A stretch of 63,998 nt of DNA, the filler included, from a bacterium (GTDB lineage: Bacteria > JAMORN01), in the NCBI GenBank assembly GCA_027063545.1. It is 16 parts of 16 records of this genome, joined end to end, with 100 filler letters (N's around TTAATTAATTAA, not from the genome) between each part and the next. Parts side by side here need not be neighbours in the genome. Positions count along the whole stretch, not along the records: positions 9,728 to 12,858 come from JAMORN010000295.1; positions 12,959 to 16,064 come from JAMORN010000296.1; positions 16,165 to 19,267 come from JAMORN010000297.1; positions 19,368 to 22,447 come from JAMORN010000298.1; 12 more parts are not named here. One strand, given 5' to 3'. A model generated the notes under the pieces. It had not been told where the DNA came from. It made no database searches and saw nothing but the letters and a program-made list of their open reading frames with translations. The translations under genes were made by a program, and so were the position numbers. This document shows, piece by piece, positions 10,419-21,146 of this stretch. Numbering within the stretch: position 1 is the first letter of the stretch; every line of letters starts with the position of its first letter.

Positions 10419-10820
10419 ATGCAACTTCCTTCATATAAAAAGAAAAGAAGAATTAAATTAAAAGTTTGTCATTTTGAGGGTTGTGGTAGAGAATTTTGGG
10501 GTCATCCTATTGCTAAATATTGTCCTGAACATAGTGATATAAAAGAAAGATTAAAAAAGAAAAAAGAGTTAGAGGCAAGAGAAAGGCAAGATGAACATCA
10601 AGAGGATGAAAATAATCAATTTTTTAAACATGATTATGAAGAGCCAACAGTGGTGGAATTTACCTGTGCATTAGAAGGCTGTAATAATAAATTTAAAGTA
10701 ACTTTATTCCCTAAACAATATATATATCCCAAATATTGTGAAGAGCATAGAAACCCTTATAGAAGAAAGTTATTTTTAGAAGAATTAAAAAAGAGAAAAG
10801 ATGCACAAAACAATAAATAA
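10419..10820 (+). CDS. Hypothetical protein with two Cx4C...Cx2H putative Zn fingers
   Basis: CHFEGC...KYCPEH and CALEGC...KYCEEH; good SD (AAGGAG). Confidence 0.75.
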   Translation: MQLPSYKKKRRIKLKVCHFEGCGREFWGHPIAKYCPEHSDIKERLKKKKELEARERQDEHQEDENNQFFKHDYEEPTVVEFTCALEGCNNKFKVTLFPKQYIYPKYCEEHRNPYRRKLFLEELKKRKDAQNNK

Positions 10821-10844
10821 TTAGGTTAATAAAGGAGAGGATTT

Positions 10845-11678
10845 TTGACAATTAGATTAACTAAGGATATAAAGTATATAGAAAACAAATGTAAAAAAGT
10901 AAGAAAGTTAATAATAGATAGTTTATATAAAGCTAAAAGTGGTCATACAGGTGGAAGTCTATCCTCTGTGGAAATTGTTACAACAATTTTTACTGCCTTT
11001 TTAAGATTTGATCCAGATGATCCTTTTAAGAGAGAAAGGGATAAATTTATTTTATCCAAAGGGCATGCTGCACCGGTTTTATATGTAAATTTAGCTTTAA
11101 ATGGATTTTTTAATATTTTTGAGCTTAATACTCTACGTTTTAATAATACCCGCTTACAGGGACATCCTTCAAGAGAGAAATTACCTTGTATAGACGCTTC
11201 AACAGGTTCTTTAGGCCAAGGATTTTCTATAGCTGTGGGTTATGCTTTAGCTGATAAAATAGATAAATTAGATTATTATACTTATGTTGTTTTAGGGGAT
11301 GGTGAAATTCAGGAAGGTCAAATTTGGGAAGCGGCTATGAGTGCCAGTCATTATAAGTTAGATAATATAATTGCATTTTTAGATCATAATAAACTTCAAA
11401 TTGATGGAGAAATAAAGAATGTAATGAATGTATTACCAATAAAAGAAAAATTTGAGGCTTTTGGTTGGGATGTTATAGAAATAGATGGCCATAATATAAG
11501 TGAAATGATAAAAGCTATTGAGAGAGCTTTTAATATAAAAGAAAAACCTCATTTGATTGTAGCCCATACTATAAAGGGAAAAGGGGTAGATTTTATTGAA
11601 AATAAAGTAAAATGGCATGGTATAGCCCCTAATAAAGAAGAATATTATAATGCGATTAAACAATTAGGAGATATATAG
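10845..11678 (+). CDS. Transketolase, N-terminal subunit
   Basis: SGHTGGSLS, SKGHAAP, LQGHP, TGSLGQG, GDGEIQEG. Confidence 0.95.
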   Translation: MTIRLTKDIKYIENKCKKVRKLIIDSLYKAKSGHTGGSLSSVEIVTTIFTAFLRFDPDDPFKRERDKFILSKGHAAPVLYVNLALNGFFNIFELNTLRFNNTRLQGHPSREKLPCIDASTGSLGQGFSIAVGYALADKIDKLDYYTYVVLGDGEIQEGQIWEAAMSASHYKLDNIIAFLDHNKLQIDGEIKNVMNVLPIKEKFEAFGWDVIEIDGHNISEMIKAIERAFNIKEKPHLIVAHTIKGKGVDFIENKVKWHGIAPNKEEYYNAIKQLGDI

Positions 11679-11681
11679 AAT

Positions 11682-12629
11682 ATGAAGCCAATTCCTACAC
11701 GATTAGCTTATGGTCAGACTTTAGTAAAATTAGGTCGTGAATTTGATAATATTATAGTTATGGATGCTGATTTATCAAATTCTACACAGACATCCCTATT
11801 TGCAAAGGAATTTCCAGATAGATTTATTAATGTTGGAATAGCAGAGCAGAATTTAATGGGAGTGGCTTCAGGATTGGCTTTATCTGGCAAGGTAGTTTTT
11901 GCTTCCAGTTTTGCTATATTTGCAACAGGTAGAACTTGGGAGCAGATAAGAAATAGTATAGCTTATATGAATTTAAATGTAAAAATAGCAGCTACTCATT
12001 CTGGATTATCTGTTGGGCCAGATGGAGCTAGTCATCAAGCCCTTGAGGATTTAGCTTTAATGAGGGTTATTCCTAATATGGTTGTTCTCTCTCCAGCTGA
12101 TGTATATCAGACGGAAAAGGCTATTTACGCTGCTTATAGATATAATGGGCCTGTATATATAAGATTGGGTAGAGCACCTTATCCTATAGTGACAACACCT
12201 GATATGGATTTTGAAATAGGAAAGGATATAATTTTAAAAGAGGGGCGTGATGGTACTATATTTGCTACAGGTCTAACTGTTGGAGAAGCTTTAAAAGCAG
12301 CAGAGGTCCTTGAAGAGAAAGGTTTTAATCCTAGAGTAGTTAATATTGCTTCAATAAAGCCATTAGACAAAGAGTTAATATTAAAATGTGCTAAAGAGAC
12401 AGGCTTTTTTATAACAGTTGAAGAGCATCAGAGAATAGGTGGGATGGGTTCAGCAATTGCTGAGTTTATAGTTGAGATATATCCTATTCCTATAAAAATT
12501 ATGGGAATAGATGATTCTTTTGGGGAAACTGGAACTCCAGATTTTCTTTTAAAGAAATATAGAATAGATAGTGAAAGTATTGTAGAAGAATATCTTAGTT
12601 TTATAAAAAAAATAAAAGTTGGAGAATAG
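11682..12629 (+). CDS. Transketolase, C-terminal subunit
   Basis: GIAEQN, GPDGASHQ, YIRLGR, EEH. Confidence 0.95.
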   Translation: MKPIPTRLAYGQTLVKLGREFDNIIVMDADLSNSTQTSLFAKEFPDRFINVGIAEQNLMGVASGLALSGKVVFASSFAIFATGRTWEQIRNSIAYMNLNVKIAATHSGLSVGPDGASHQALEDLALMRVIPNMVVLSPADVYQTEKAIYAAYRYNGPVYIRLGRAPYPIVTTPDMDFEIGKDIILKEGRDGTIFATGLTVGEALKAAEVLEEKGFNPRVVNIASIKPLDKELILKCAKETGFFITVEEHQRIGGMGSAIAEFIVEIYPIPIKIMGIDDSFGETGTPDFLLKKYRIDSESIVEEYLSFIKKIKVGE

Positions 12630-12632
12630 ATT

Positions 12633-12858
12633 ATGGAAGTCTATTTAGCTGGTTGTAATATTGATTATGAGGTGATAAAAGAAATAAAAAATCATAAAGA
12701 TTTTAAAGATAGAGAAGATATTACTCCTGAGACATTATCTGCATCCTACGCAAGAATATCTAGAGATCCTAGATCGGTTAATATTTTGAGAGAGGTTGCT
12801 AGAAAAGAAGTAGAAAAGGCTAGAAAATCTAATGAGAATATTATTTTTGGGTTGGGGC
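12633..12858 (+). CDS. thyX: FAD-dependent thymidylate synthase family protein, 3' truncated
   Basis: TPETLSASYARISRDP...IIFGLG, which precedes the HxSVAEH motif in this subfamily. Confidence 0.7.
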
Positions 12859-12958
12859 NNNNNNNNNNNNNNNNNNNNNNNNNNNNNNNNNNNNNNNNNN
12901 NNTTAATTAATTAANNNNNNNNNNNNNNNNNNNNNNNNNNNNNNNNNNNNNNNNNNNN

Positions 12959-13740
12959 TTTCTTATAAATCCGACAGTATCAGTAAATAAAGCATATGAA
13001 TCATCTGGAAGCTTAACCTTTCTTGTTGTTGCATCTAAAGTAGCAAATAGTTTATTTTCAACCAAAACATCACTATGGGATAATAAATTAAGTAAGGAAC
13101 TTTTTCCAACATTTGTATACCCTACAATACTTATTTTAAATAGATTATCTCTTTTTTGTCGTTGAATAATCCTTGTTTTTTCTATTTCTTTTAATTTTTT
13201 CTTTAAATCTGATATTCTCTTCTTTATCCTTCTCCTATCTACTTCTAATTTTGTTTCTCCTGGACCTCTTGTCCCAATTCCTCCTTGCTGTTGCATAAAC
13301 TCTTTACCACGACCAACTAATCTAGGCAAAAGATATTCTAATTGTGCCAATTCCACCTGTATTTTCGCGATATTTGTCCTAGCATGCATTGCAAAAATAT
13401 CTAAAATAAGTCCTGTCCTATCAATTACTTTTACATTAAATATATCTTCAAGATTTGTAGTCTGAGAAGGGGTTAAATCATCATCAAATATAACAAGATT
13501 TATATTATGACTTTCTATAAATTCCTTTAGCTTTAAAGCAAAACCCTTACCTATAAAATAAGCTGGATCAATTTTATCTCTCTTTTGAATAAATTTATTT
13601 ATAACTTCAGCACCAGCTGTATAAGAAAGGGCTTCTAATTCAGATAAAAATTCTTCTATCTTTTCCTCACCTATATAAGGCAACTTTACCCCAACTAAAA
13701 TTGCCCTTTCTTTATCTATAGCATATTGTATTTTATTCAT
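12959..13740 (-). CDS. hflX: GTPase HflX, 3' truncated
   Basis: VIDRTGLILDIFA, GTRGPGETKLE, GYTNVGKSS, LFATLD, DTVGFI. Confidence 0.96.
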
Positions 13741-13785
13741 AATTAAATTATCTTTAATAATAAAATTTTTAAATAAGGTTCTTTT

Positions 13786-15843
13786 ATGAAAAAAATAAAT
13801 ATTTATATTCTTTTTTTCATTGTTTTATTTTTGCCTATTAATGTAATGCCTTCTGAAACTTTTATTGAATATAATCAAATAATTATTAATTGGTTCAAAG
13901 CAATAAAGAATATCTATTATACAAATTTAAATATAGATACTAACAGTTTTGGTAATATTGAAAAAATAATGAATAAATGTAATGATGACGAAAATAATGT
14001 ATATAATTATCATAAAATATCAAAACAAAAATTTTATGGAGTAAACTTTATAATTGGAGGTAGTTATAATTATCCTATTGTTGATATAAATCCGTTAAAT
14101 TATTCTACAATAAATTATATTGGTATCTCTGTTGATGTACTAAAAAATGGAATATTTTCGTATGATAAAAAACTAGATTATGATAAAATAAATTTGCAAC
14201 TTATTCAATATAAAATAAAGACAATAAAAAAAATAGAAAGAAATATATGCTTTATAGAAGAGGTTTATTCTAATATCTCTAGAGAATATCTAAAATTTAA
14301 TCAAATTTATTTGAATTTTCTAGATACAATAACTACTATATATAACTTTTTTTATGAAAATAGATTAATCTCAAAGTCAAAATATTTAAATATTCAAAAA
14401 AGATATAAAAATATAAAAACTTTATCTTTATTATATTCTCAAATATTTAATAATAAAGATGAGGAAACTCTTTATTTGCCTTTATTTTATTTAAATAAAG
14501 ATAAAATACTAAATACTATTATCGCGGATACTATGGTTTATTTTTATACCAAAAGAATGTTAGAATTTAAAAATAACTCTAAATTTTACAATAGAACTAC
14601 TTTAACCCTATATAGTAAACTTAAAGTATATGATAATATTATAAATAATACAAATTTAGAAATAGGATTTAATTTTAAATATCCTCTTTATGACTATTAT
14701 AATATGAATGAAATTTATAAAACCATAATAGAGGATGAAAAAATATTAAATATCATAAGAACAAAACAAAAAATAATAATTTTACTGAAAGAATTTGAAA
14801 TAAATAAACAAAAAATTATAGATTATATATACGACCAATATTTAATATTAGATCAATTAGAAGGATATGTAGAGCTTATAAAAAATGGTAAAATAGAGTT
14901 TTCTAGTATAGATAAGATTATAAAATTAATATCTAATTTCTTTGACGATCAACAGAATATTATAAAGTTAAAGCAATCTCAATATTTAATTTTAGGAAAA
15001 ATACTAGAAATAACAAAAAGTAATGAAATAAATAGCTTTGTAGGTCCATATAATCTAAAATTATATAATAAAGGAAATTTTAAATATCTCAATAAAATTA
15101 AAAAAAATAATAGTAATGATATTATTTTATCTTTATATTTATGGTCCAGCGGAATAAATAATTTATCTACAAATGAAATTGAAAAAACTATAAATAAATA
15201 TAAAAATATAAAAAAGGTTCTTATAAGTTATTCTTCTAAAATTAATAAAGTAAAATTGGATTCTCTTTTATCTTTCTTTATGAAAAGAGATATAAATGTA
15301 TATATCTTAATTAGCAATAATAATTATATAAATATAGATAAAAAAGAAATAAAGAATAAAATCCAAAAAAGAATATTAGATATTTTAAAACTAAAGAGAA
15401 AATATTCTAATATAAAAGGAATACATTTAGATATAGAACCTCATATGATTGATAAAAAATGGCGTAATAATAAAAAACTTATGGATAATTATATTAAAAT
15501 GCTTAAGTTTTTTTATGAGAATAAAAAAGATTTAAAATTGGAGGCTGCTATAGGATATTTTTATCCAAAAAAATTGGAATATAATATTTACAAATACTCT
15601 GATATGGTTTATATTATGATATATAATATATTTGATATAAATAAATTTGCTGATAAACTAAAAGAGGAATTAGATATATCTAGAAGTAAAACAACAATTG
15701 TATTAAGAGCAACTGATTTTCCTAACAAAAAAATATTATTCAATTTAATTAATAAACTAAAAAGTTCCTTAAATATTGACAATTTTGCTATCCATAACTT
15801 TAGAGAATTCGTAAAGCTTAAAGACTATGAAGTTAAGAAATAA
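13786..15843 (+). CDS. Secreted/outer-membrane protein: TolC-like N-terminal region plus a glycoside-hydrolase-like TIM-barrel C-terminal domain
   Basis: Signal peptide; beta-hairpins (IGISVDVL, IGFNFKYPL) alternating with coiled coils; C-terminal LYLWS...GIHLDIEPH...DMVYIMIY. Confidence 0.6.
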   Translation: MKKINIYILFFIVLFLPINVMPSETFIEYNQIIINWFKAIKNIYYTNLNIDTNSFGNIEKIMNKCNDDENNVYNYHKISKQKFYGVNFIIGGSYNYPIVDINPLNYSTINYIGISVDVLKNGIFSYDKKLDYDKINLQLIQYKIKTIKKIERNICFIEEVYSNISREYLKFNQIYLNFLDTITTIYNFFYENRLISKSKYLNIQKRYKNIKTLSLLYSQIFNNKDEETLYLPLFYLNKDKILNTIIADTMVYFYTKRMLEFKNNSKFYNRTTLTLYSKLKVYDNIINNTNLEIGFNFKYPLYDYYNMNEIYKTIIEDEKILNIIRTKQKIIILLKEFEINKQKIIDYIYDQYLILDQLEGYVELIKNGKIEFSSIDKIIKLISNFFDDQQNIIKLKQSQYLILGKILEITKSNEINSFVGPYNLKLYNKGNFKYLNKIKKNNSNDIILSLYLWSSGINNLSTNEIEKTINKYKNIKKVLISYSSKINKVKLDSLLSFFMKRDINVYILISNNNYINIDKKEIKNKIQKRILDILKLKRKYSNIKGIHLDIEPHMIDKKWRNNKKLMDNYIKMLKFFYENKKDLKLEAAIGYFYPKKLEYNIYKYSDMVYIMIYNIFDINKFADKLKEELDISRSKTTIVLRATDFPNKKILFNLINKLKSSLNIDNFAIHNFREFVKLKDYEVKK

Positions 15844-16064
15844 AAAATCAATTATCAGACTTTCTGATCCACAGGATATATATAAAAAGAATATTAATAT
15901 AGGAAAATATATTTACTATCTCATTTTAATAGCAATAATATATTATCTAGTAAATCTATTATTCTATAAAACAGTATATATAGAAGGTAATGGATTTATT
16001 ATCAATAAAAAAATAAATATTAAAATTCCATATAATGCTATTATAGATACTATTTATATCAAAG
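15827..16064 (+). CDS. HlyD/membrane fusion protein-like, 3' truncated
   Basis: Basic N-tail, one TM helix, then EGNGFI...IKIPYNAIIDTIYIK, resembling the start of a biotinyl-lipoyl-like domain. Confidence 0.6.
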
Positions 16065-16164
16065 NNNNNNNNNNNNNNNNNNNNNNNNNNNNNNNNNNNN
16101 NNNNNNNNTTAATTAATTAANNNNNNNNNNNNNNNNNNNNNNNNNNNNNNNNNNNNNNNNNNNN

Positions 16165-16536
16165 AAGTTCATCTATAAATCCGATATATCTCAATTTAAC
16201 ATTATTTTCGTATAATTCTTCAAATTCTTGATTTAAAACATCTACAAATAACTTCATAAGAAAAGATACTTCCTCTTTAGGACGTTTCCAGTTCTCTGTA
16301 GAAAATGTATAGAGTGTTAAATATTTTACTCCAATATTAGCTGAATATTTAAGTATTTTTTTTACAACTTTTACACCCTCACGATGTCCCATTATACGAG
16401 GGAGACCTCTCTTTTTAGCCCATCGCCCATTACCATCCATTATAATACCTACATGAATAGGAATCTTATCAGGAGAGAGTTCCTTAACCCTCTCCTGATA
16501 TGTCTTTTTTTTCTTTGAAAAAATTAATCTTATCAT
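16165..16536 (-). CDS. uppS: Undecaprenyl diphosphate synthase, 3' truncated
   Basis: HVGIIMDGNGRWA, FSTENWKRP. Confidence 0.95.
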
Positions 16537-16537
16537 T

Positions 16538-17110
16538 TTAAACTGTTAAAATTTCTTTTTCTTTATTTTCAACAAGCTCATCAACCTTTTTTTCAAAAGA
16601 GTGAAGTATATCCAGAACTTCCTTTTCCAAATGATTATATAGATCCTCAGAAATTGTCCCTTCCTTTTTCATTTTCTTTAATTGATCCAAGGCATCTCTT
16701 CTTTCATTTCTTAAAGCAATCTTAATCTCTTCCCCATATTTTTTTACTAATTTTGTTAGTTCTTTTCTTCTTTCTTCTGTTAATGGTGGTAAAACTATTC
16801 TTATTAAATTACCTTCATTGATTGGATTTACACCTAAGTCAGAATTTGTTATAGCTTTTTCTATTTCTTTAATAATATTTTTATCCCAAGGTTCAATCAC
16901 AAGCATTCTAGGTTCAGGTACTGTAATCGAAGCAACTTGATTTATAGGAGTTAGTACACCATAATATTCTACTTTAATAGATTCTAAAAGTCCAGGATTG
17001 GCTCTGCCTGTTTTTACTGTAGCAAGATGATCTTTTAAAACTTCTATACTTTTCTCCATAGATTTTTTCATCTCATCTATAACCTGTTTTACTTCTGGAG
17101 AGATTTCCAT
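16538..17110 (-). CDS. frr: Ribosome recycling factor
   Basis: KTGRANP, PPLTEERRKEL, RNERR. Confidence 0.97.
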   Translation of the reverse strand: MEISPEVKQVIDEMKKSMEKSIEVLKDHLATVKTGRANPGLLESIKVEYYGVLTPINQVASITVPEPRMLVIEPWDKNIIKEIEKAITNSDLGVNPINEGNLIRIVLPPLTEERRKELTKLVKKYGEEIKIALRNERRDALDQLKKMKKEGTISEDLYNHLEKEVLDILHSFEKKVDELVENKEKEILTV

Positions 17111-17132
17111 ATTTTTACTCCTTTTTAAAGTT

Positions 17133-17849
17133 TTATTCTGTAATAAGACTACCAGCCTTTTTATCTGTTAAGGCTTTTATTATATCTCCCGATTTTTCCA
17201 ATTTGAAAATCTTTATAGGTAATTTATTTTCCATACATAAACTTATAGCTGTAGAATCCATAACTTTCAATCCATTTTTTAAAACATCTATAAATCTTAT
17301 ATGATCAAATTTTTTAGCATTTTTATTTTTAAGAGGATCAGAATCATAAATTCCATCAACCTTTGTTGCTTTCATAATAATATCAGCTTCTATTTCTATA
17401 GCTCTGAGTACTGCTGTAGTGTCAGTAGAAAAATATGGATTACCAATACCTCCAGCAAATATAACAACCCTTCCCTTTTCTAAATGTCTTATAGCTCTTC
17501 TTCTTATGTAAAACTCACACAATTGGTCCATTTTAATTGCAGATAAAACTCTAGTTGGAACTCCTAACCTTTCAAGTCTCTCCTGCATAGCTAAAGCATT
17601 TATAACAGTTGCAAGCATTCCCATGTAATCTGCTGTGGTTCTATCCATTCCTTGAGCGCTAGCTTGAGATCCCCTTAAAATATTACCACCCCCAATAACA
17701 ATAGCAATATCTATATTAAAATTATCTTTGATATTTTTGATTTCCTCACTGATCCAAGATAGAGTAGCAGGATCTATACCAAAACCCCGCTCTCCAGAGA
17801 GTATCTCTCCAGAGAGCTTTATTAAAATCCTTTTATATTCTATATCCAT
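17133..17849 (-). CDS. pyrH: UMP kinase
   Basis: [27 protein letters not shown]. Confidence 0.97.
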   Translation of the reverse strand: MDIEYKRILIKLSGEILSGERGFGIDPATLSWISEEIKNIKDNFNIDIAIVIGGGNILRGSQASAQGMDRTTADYMGMLATVINALAMQERLERLGVPTRVLSAIKMDQLCEFYIRRRAIRHLEKGRVVIFAGGIGNPYFSTDTTAVLRAIEIEADIIMKATKVDGIYDSDPLKNKNAKKFDHIRFIDVLKNGLKVMDSTAISLCMENKLPIKIFKLEKSGDIIKALTDKKAGSLITE

Positions 17850-17852
17850 AAT

Positions 17853-18707
17853 TTAGCTTCCCAAGGATACTTTTACTACTTCTTTAACCTTAATAGAAAC
17901 ACCTACTTCTTTAGCAACTTTATCAATATATTCTTTAACTTTATATTGTTCATCCATAATTAACTCTTGTTCCAATAAACATTTTTCTTCGAAAATAGCA
18001 TTCAATTTATTTTCTAATATTTTTTCTTTTACATGGTCAGGTTTCCCTTCAAAAACAGGGTCTTTTAATATATCTTCTTTTAAAGCATTTAATTCTTCTT
18101 CTGTATAATCTTCTTTTGAAATTTTTTCAACATTCATAGACGCAACTTGAATAGCTAATTTTTTCGCTAAATCCTTAACCTTATCATCATCTACCTTTTC
18201 TGTTTCTAATACAACAACACCAGCTATCTTACCCATATGTAAATATTCACCAATCACCTCTTTAGAAGGATCATATTTTATTGTTTTTACTGTCTTTAAA
18301 ACAATATTTTCTTTAATTTTTCCAATAGCTTCATTGATTAAATCCTTAACAGAACCTTCAGATGTTTGGATAGATAATAGTTCTTCAGCACTATTTACGT
18401 CATTCTCTATAGCAATATTCCCAATTTTTTCTAAAAGGTTATTAAACTCTTCGTTATTTGCAACAAAGTCTGTTTCACTATTTAATTCAATAATAACAAC
18501 TTTTCCATCTTTAGTGAAAATTCCAATTTTACCTTCTTTTGTTTCTCTATCAGCTTTTTTACCAGCAACTTTAGCACCATATTTTTTTAGAATTTCTTGA
18601 GCTTTTTCAATATCTCCATTAGCCTCAATTAACGCTTTTTTACATTCAGATATAGATAAACCAGTAATTTCTCTAAGTTTTTTTACTAAATTTATATCTA
18701 TTCCCAT
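17853..18707 (-). CDS. tsf: Elongation factor Ts
   Basis: VKKLREITG...CKKAL, ELNSETDFVA. Confidence 0.96.
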   Translation of the reverse strand: MGIDINLVKKLREITGLSISECKKALIEANGDIEKAQEILKKYGAKVAGKKADRETKEGKIGIFTKDGKVVIIELNSETDFVANNEEFNNLLEKIGNIAIENDVNSAEELLSIQTSEGSVKDLINEAIGKIKENIVLKTVKTIKYDPSKEVIGEYLHMGKIAGVVVLETEKVDDDKVKDLAKKLAIQVASMNVEKISKEDYTEEELNALKEDILKDPVFEGKPDHVKEKILENKLNAIFEEKCLLEQELIMDEQYKVKEYIDKVAKEVGVSIKVKEVVKVSLGS

Positions 18708-18733
18708 TTCTATATCTCCCTTTTAATTATTTT

Positions 18734-19267
18734 TTAAGCTTCTTCATTATCTGTATCTTCTTTAATAATTTCCTTAGCCTCTTCTTCAAATTTTTCTTCT
18801 TCTTCCTCTAGTTTTTGATAATCTTTTTCTAAATGTTTTTCAGCTTCTTCAGCTATTTCCTTTTCTCTTTCTTCTAAAGCTGCTTTTTCCTCAGGAGTTA
18901 ATTCACCTCTAGCTTTTAATATAGCATCTGTCAATATCTTTGTAATAAATTTAACAGATTTCATAGCATCATCATTTGCAGGAATAGGGTAGTCAACAAG
19001 TTCAGGATCTGCATTAGTATCAACAATAGCTACAATTGGTATACCAAGTTTTCTAGCTTCATTTACAGCTAAATCTTCTTGAACTATATCTACAATATAT
19101 AGCATATCAGGTAATCTCTTTAAATTTCTTATACCCCATAAGTTTTTTGCTATTTTTTCTTTTTTCTTTTGTAACTTTATAATCTCTTTTTTTGTTAATA
19201 CTAAATTATCTTTATTTCTAATTAGTTCATCAATTTCTTCCATCTTTTTTATACTTTTTAATATTGT
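18734..19267 (-). CDS. rpsB: 30S ribosomal protein S2, 5' truncated
   Basis: EARKLGIPIVAIVDTN, IPANDDA; acidic C-terminal tail. Confidence 0.95.
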   Translation of the reverse strand, partial: TILKSIKKMEEIDELIRNKDNLVLTKKEIIKLQKKKEKIAKNLWGIRNLKRLPDMLYIVDIVQEDLAVNEARKLGIPIVAIVDTNADPELVDYPIPANDDAMKSVKFITKILTDAILKARGELTPEEKAALEEREKEIAEEAEKHLEKDYQKLEEEEEKFEEEAKEIIKEDTDNEEA

Positions 19268-19367
19268 NNNNNNNNNNNNNNNNNNNNNNNNNNNNNNNNN
19301 NNNNNNNNNNNTTAATTAATTAANNNNNNNNNNNNNNNNNNNNNNNNNNNNNNNNNNNNNNNNNNNN

Positions 19368-21146
19368 GGGACAGAAGAAGTAACTTCTGCTGTTGTATCT
19401 GGTGTTTTAACTACAGTAGCAGCTTTTATTCCATTAATGTTTTTACCAGGTACTTTCGGAAAATTTTTAAAAGTGATACCAATAGTTGTTAGTATATCTT
19501 TATTAGGATCTTTATTTGAAGCTCTTTTTATTTTACCATCTCATATTGTAGATTGGACACCTAAAAAATATAATTTCAAAGAAAAAATAAAATTTACAAA
19601 ATTTCAGCAATTATATGAAAAAGCATTAGTATATGTTTTAGAAAGAAGATATAGATTTCTATTAATTATTTTTATTATGTTTTTAAGTGTAATACCTATT
19701 ATTAGATATATAGGAATTGATTTGTTTAAAGGAGATCCATATCCCTATTTTAGAGTATTAATAAAATTACCAGAAGGTACATCTATAGAAAAAACAGAGA
19801 AAGTTTTAAGTAATATTTCTAAATATGTTTATAAAAGAATAGGAGAAGATAATATCGATTATATAGAGGAGGATGCTGGATTATTTCAATCCAAAGGAGA
19901 GTGGTTGGTACAAGATAATGTAGGGCAATTATATATTCATTTAAAAGAAGAAAAAGCAAAATATATAAAAAGATATATAAAAAGATTACAGAGATTAGAT
20001 AGAGATTTTCCAATTTTAACATATGTAGATATTAAACTTCAAGAAATGGGTCCACCCGCAGAAGAACCTATAGCTATTAGAATACAGTCAGATAATCTTG
20101 ATACTTTGATTAAAGTAAAAGAAGTTGTAAAAGATTATTTAAGAAAAGATGAATATCTTTATAATATAAAAGATAATTTACCATTAAATGCCAAGACATT
20201 AGTTTTCAAAGTAGATCACTATAAAGCTAATATTTTAAATATAAATCCATCATTATTTATAGGTGAATTAAGAGCACTTTTTTATGAAAATAAAGTAACA
20301 AGTATTAAAGAAAATGGAGAGGATATAGATATAATATTAACAACAAATTATAAAAATTTTATAAAAAATATTGAAGATTTAAAGAATACGATGATAATAA
20401 ATCAACAAGGTAAAAAAATTCCTTTAAGAAATTTTTGTAATATATATTTAAAAAGAGATGTTAGTACTATAAGACATTATAATGGAAAGAGAACAGTGTA
20501 TGTGTATAGTGATTATAAAAAAGAAAAGATTACCCTTGATAAAATAAATTTAAAAATAAAAAAAGAAATATTCCCCAAAATAAAAGAAAGATTTTCTAAT
20601 GTTAATCTTTCTTTAGGAGGGCAATTTAAAGAGTTACAAAAAAGTATGAAAAATTTAGCTAAATTATTTTTTATTGCTATATTGATTATATATTTAATTT
20701 TAGCTTCTCAATTTAAATCATATGTACAGCCTGTAATTATTTTATTCACAGTGCCTTTTGCTATAATTGGAGCTATTTATACATTATTTATAATGGGCGA
20801 ACCTTTTAATTTAAGTTCTGCTTATGGAATAGTTGCTTTGGCAGGTATAGCTGTAAATGATGCAATAGTACTTATATCAGTTGTTAATATGTTAAGAGAG
20901 AAAGGAATGTCTGCTTTTGATTCTGTAGTAGAAGGAGCAAAATCAAGACTTAGACCGATAATATTAACAACGGTTACAACTGTTTTTGGGCTTTTACCAA
21001 CAGTTATAGGTCTTGGAGGGAAATCTCTAACATGGCAACCTTTGGCAGCAACTATTGCATTTGGGCTTTTATTTTCTTCATTTTTGACACTTTTTATTAT
21101 ACCAGCAGTAATTTTAGTAAATGATAAAATAAGAGGAATAAAGTAA
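19368..21146 (+). CDS. RND (AcrB-family) transporter permease, 5' truncated
   Basis: LASQFKSYVQP, GIAVNDAIVL, RLRPIILTTVTT. Confidence 0.92.
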   Translation, partial: GTEEVTSAVVSGVLTTVAAFIPLMFLPGTFGKFLKVIPIVVSISLLGSLFEALFILPSHIVDWTPKKYNFKEKIKFTKFQQLYEKALVYVLERRYRFLLIIFIMFLSVIPIIRYIGIDLFKGDPYPYFRVLIKLPEGTSIEKTEKVLSNISKYVYKRIGEDNIDYIEEDAGLFQSKGEWLVQDNVGQLYIHLKEEKAKYIKRYIKRLQRLDRDFPILTYVDIKLQEMGPPAEEPIAIRIQSDNLDTLIKVKEVVKDYLRKDEYLYNIKDNLPLNAKTLVFKVDHYKANILNINPSLFIGELRALFYENKVTSIKENGEDIDIILTTNYKNFIKNIEDLKNTMIINQQGKKIPLRNFCNIYLKRDVSTIRHYNGKRTVYVYSDYKKEKITLDKINLKIKKEIFPKIKERFSNVNLSLGGQFKELQKSMKNLAKLFFIAILIIYLILASQFKSYVQPVIILFTVPFAIIGAIYTLFIMGEPFNLSSAYGIVALAGIAVNDAIVLISVVNMLREKGMSAFDSVVEGAKSRLRPIILTTVTTVFGLLPTVIGLGGKSLTWQPLAATIAFGLLFSSFLTLFIIPAVILVNDKIRGIK

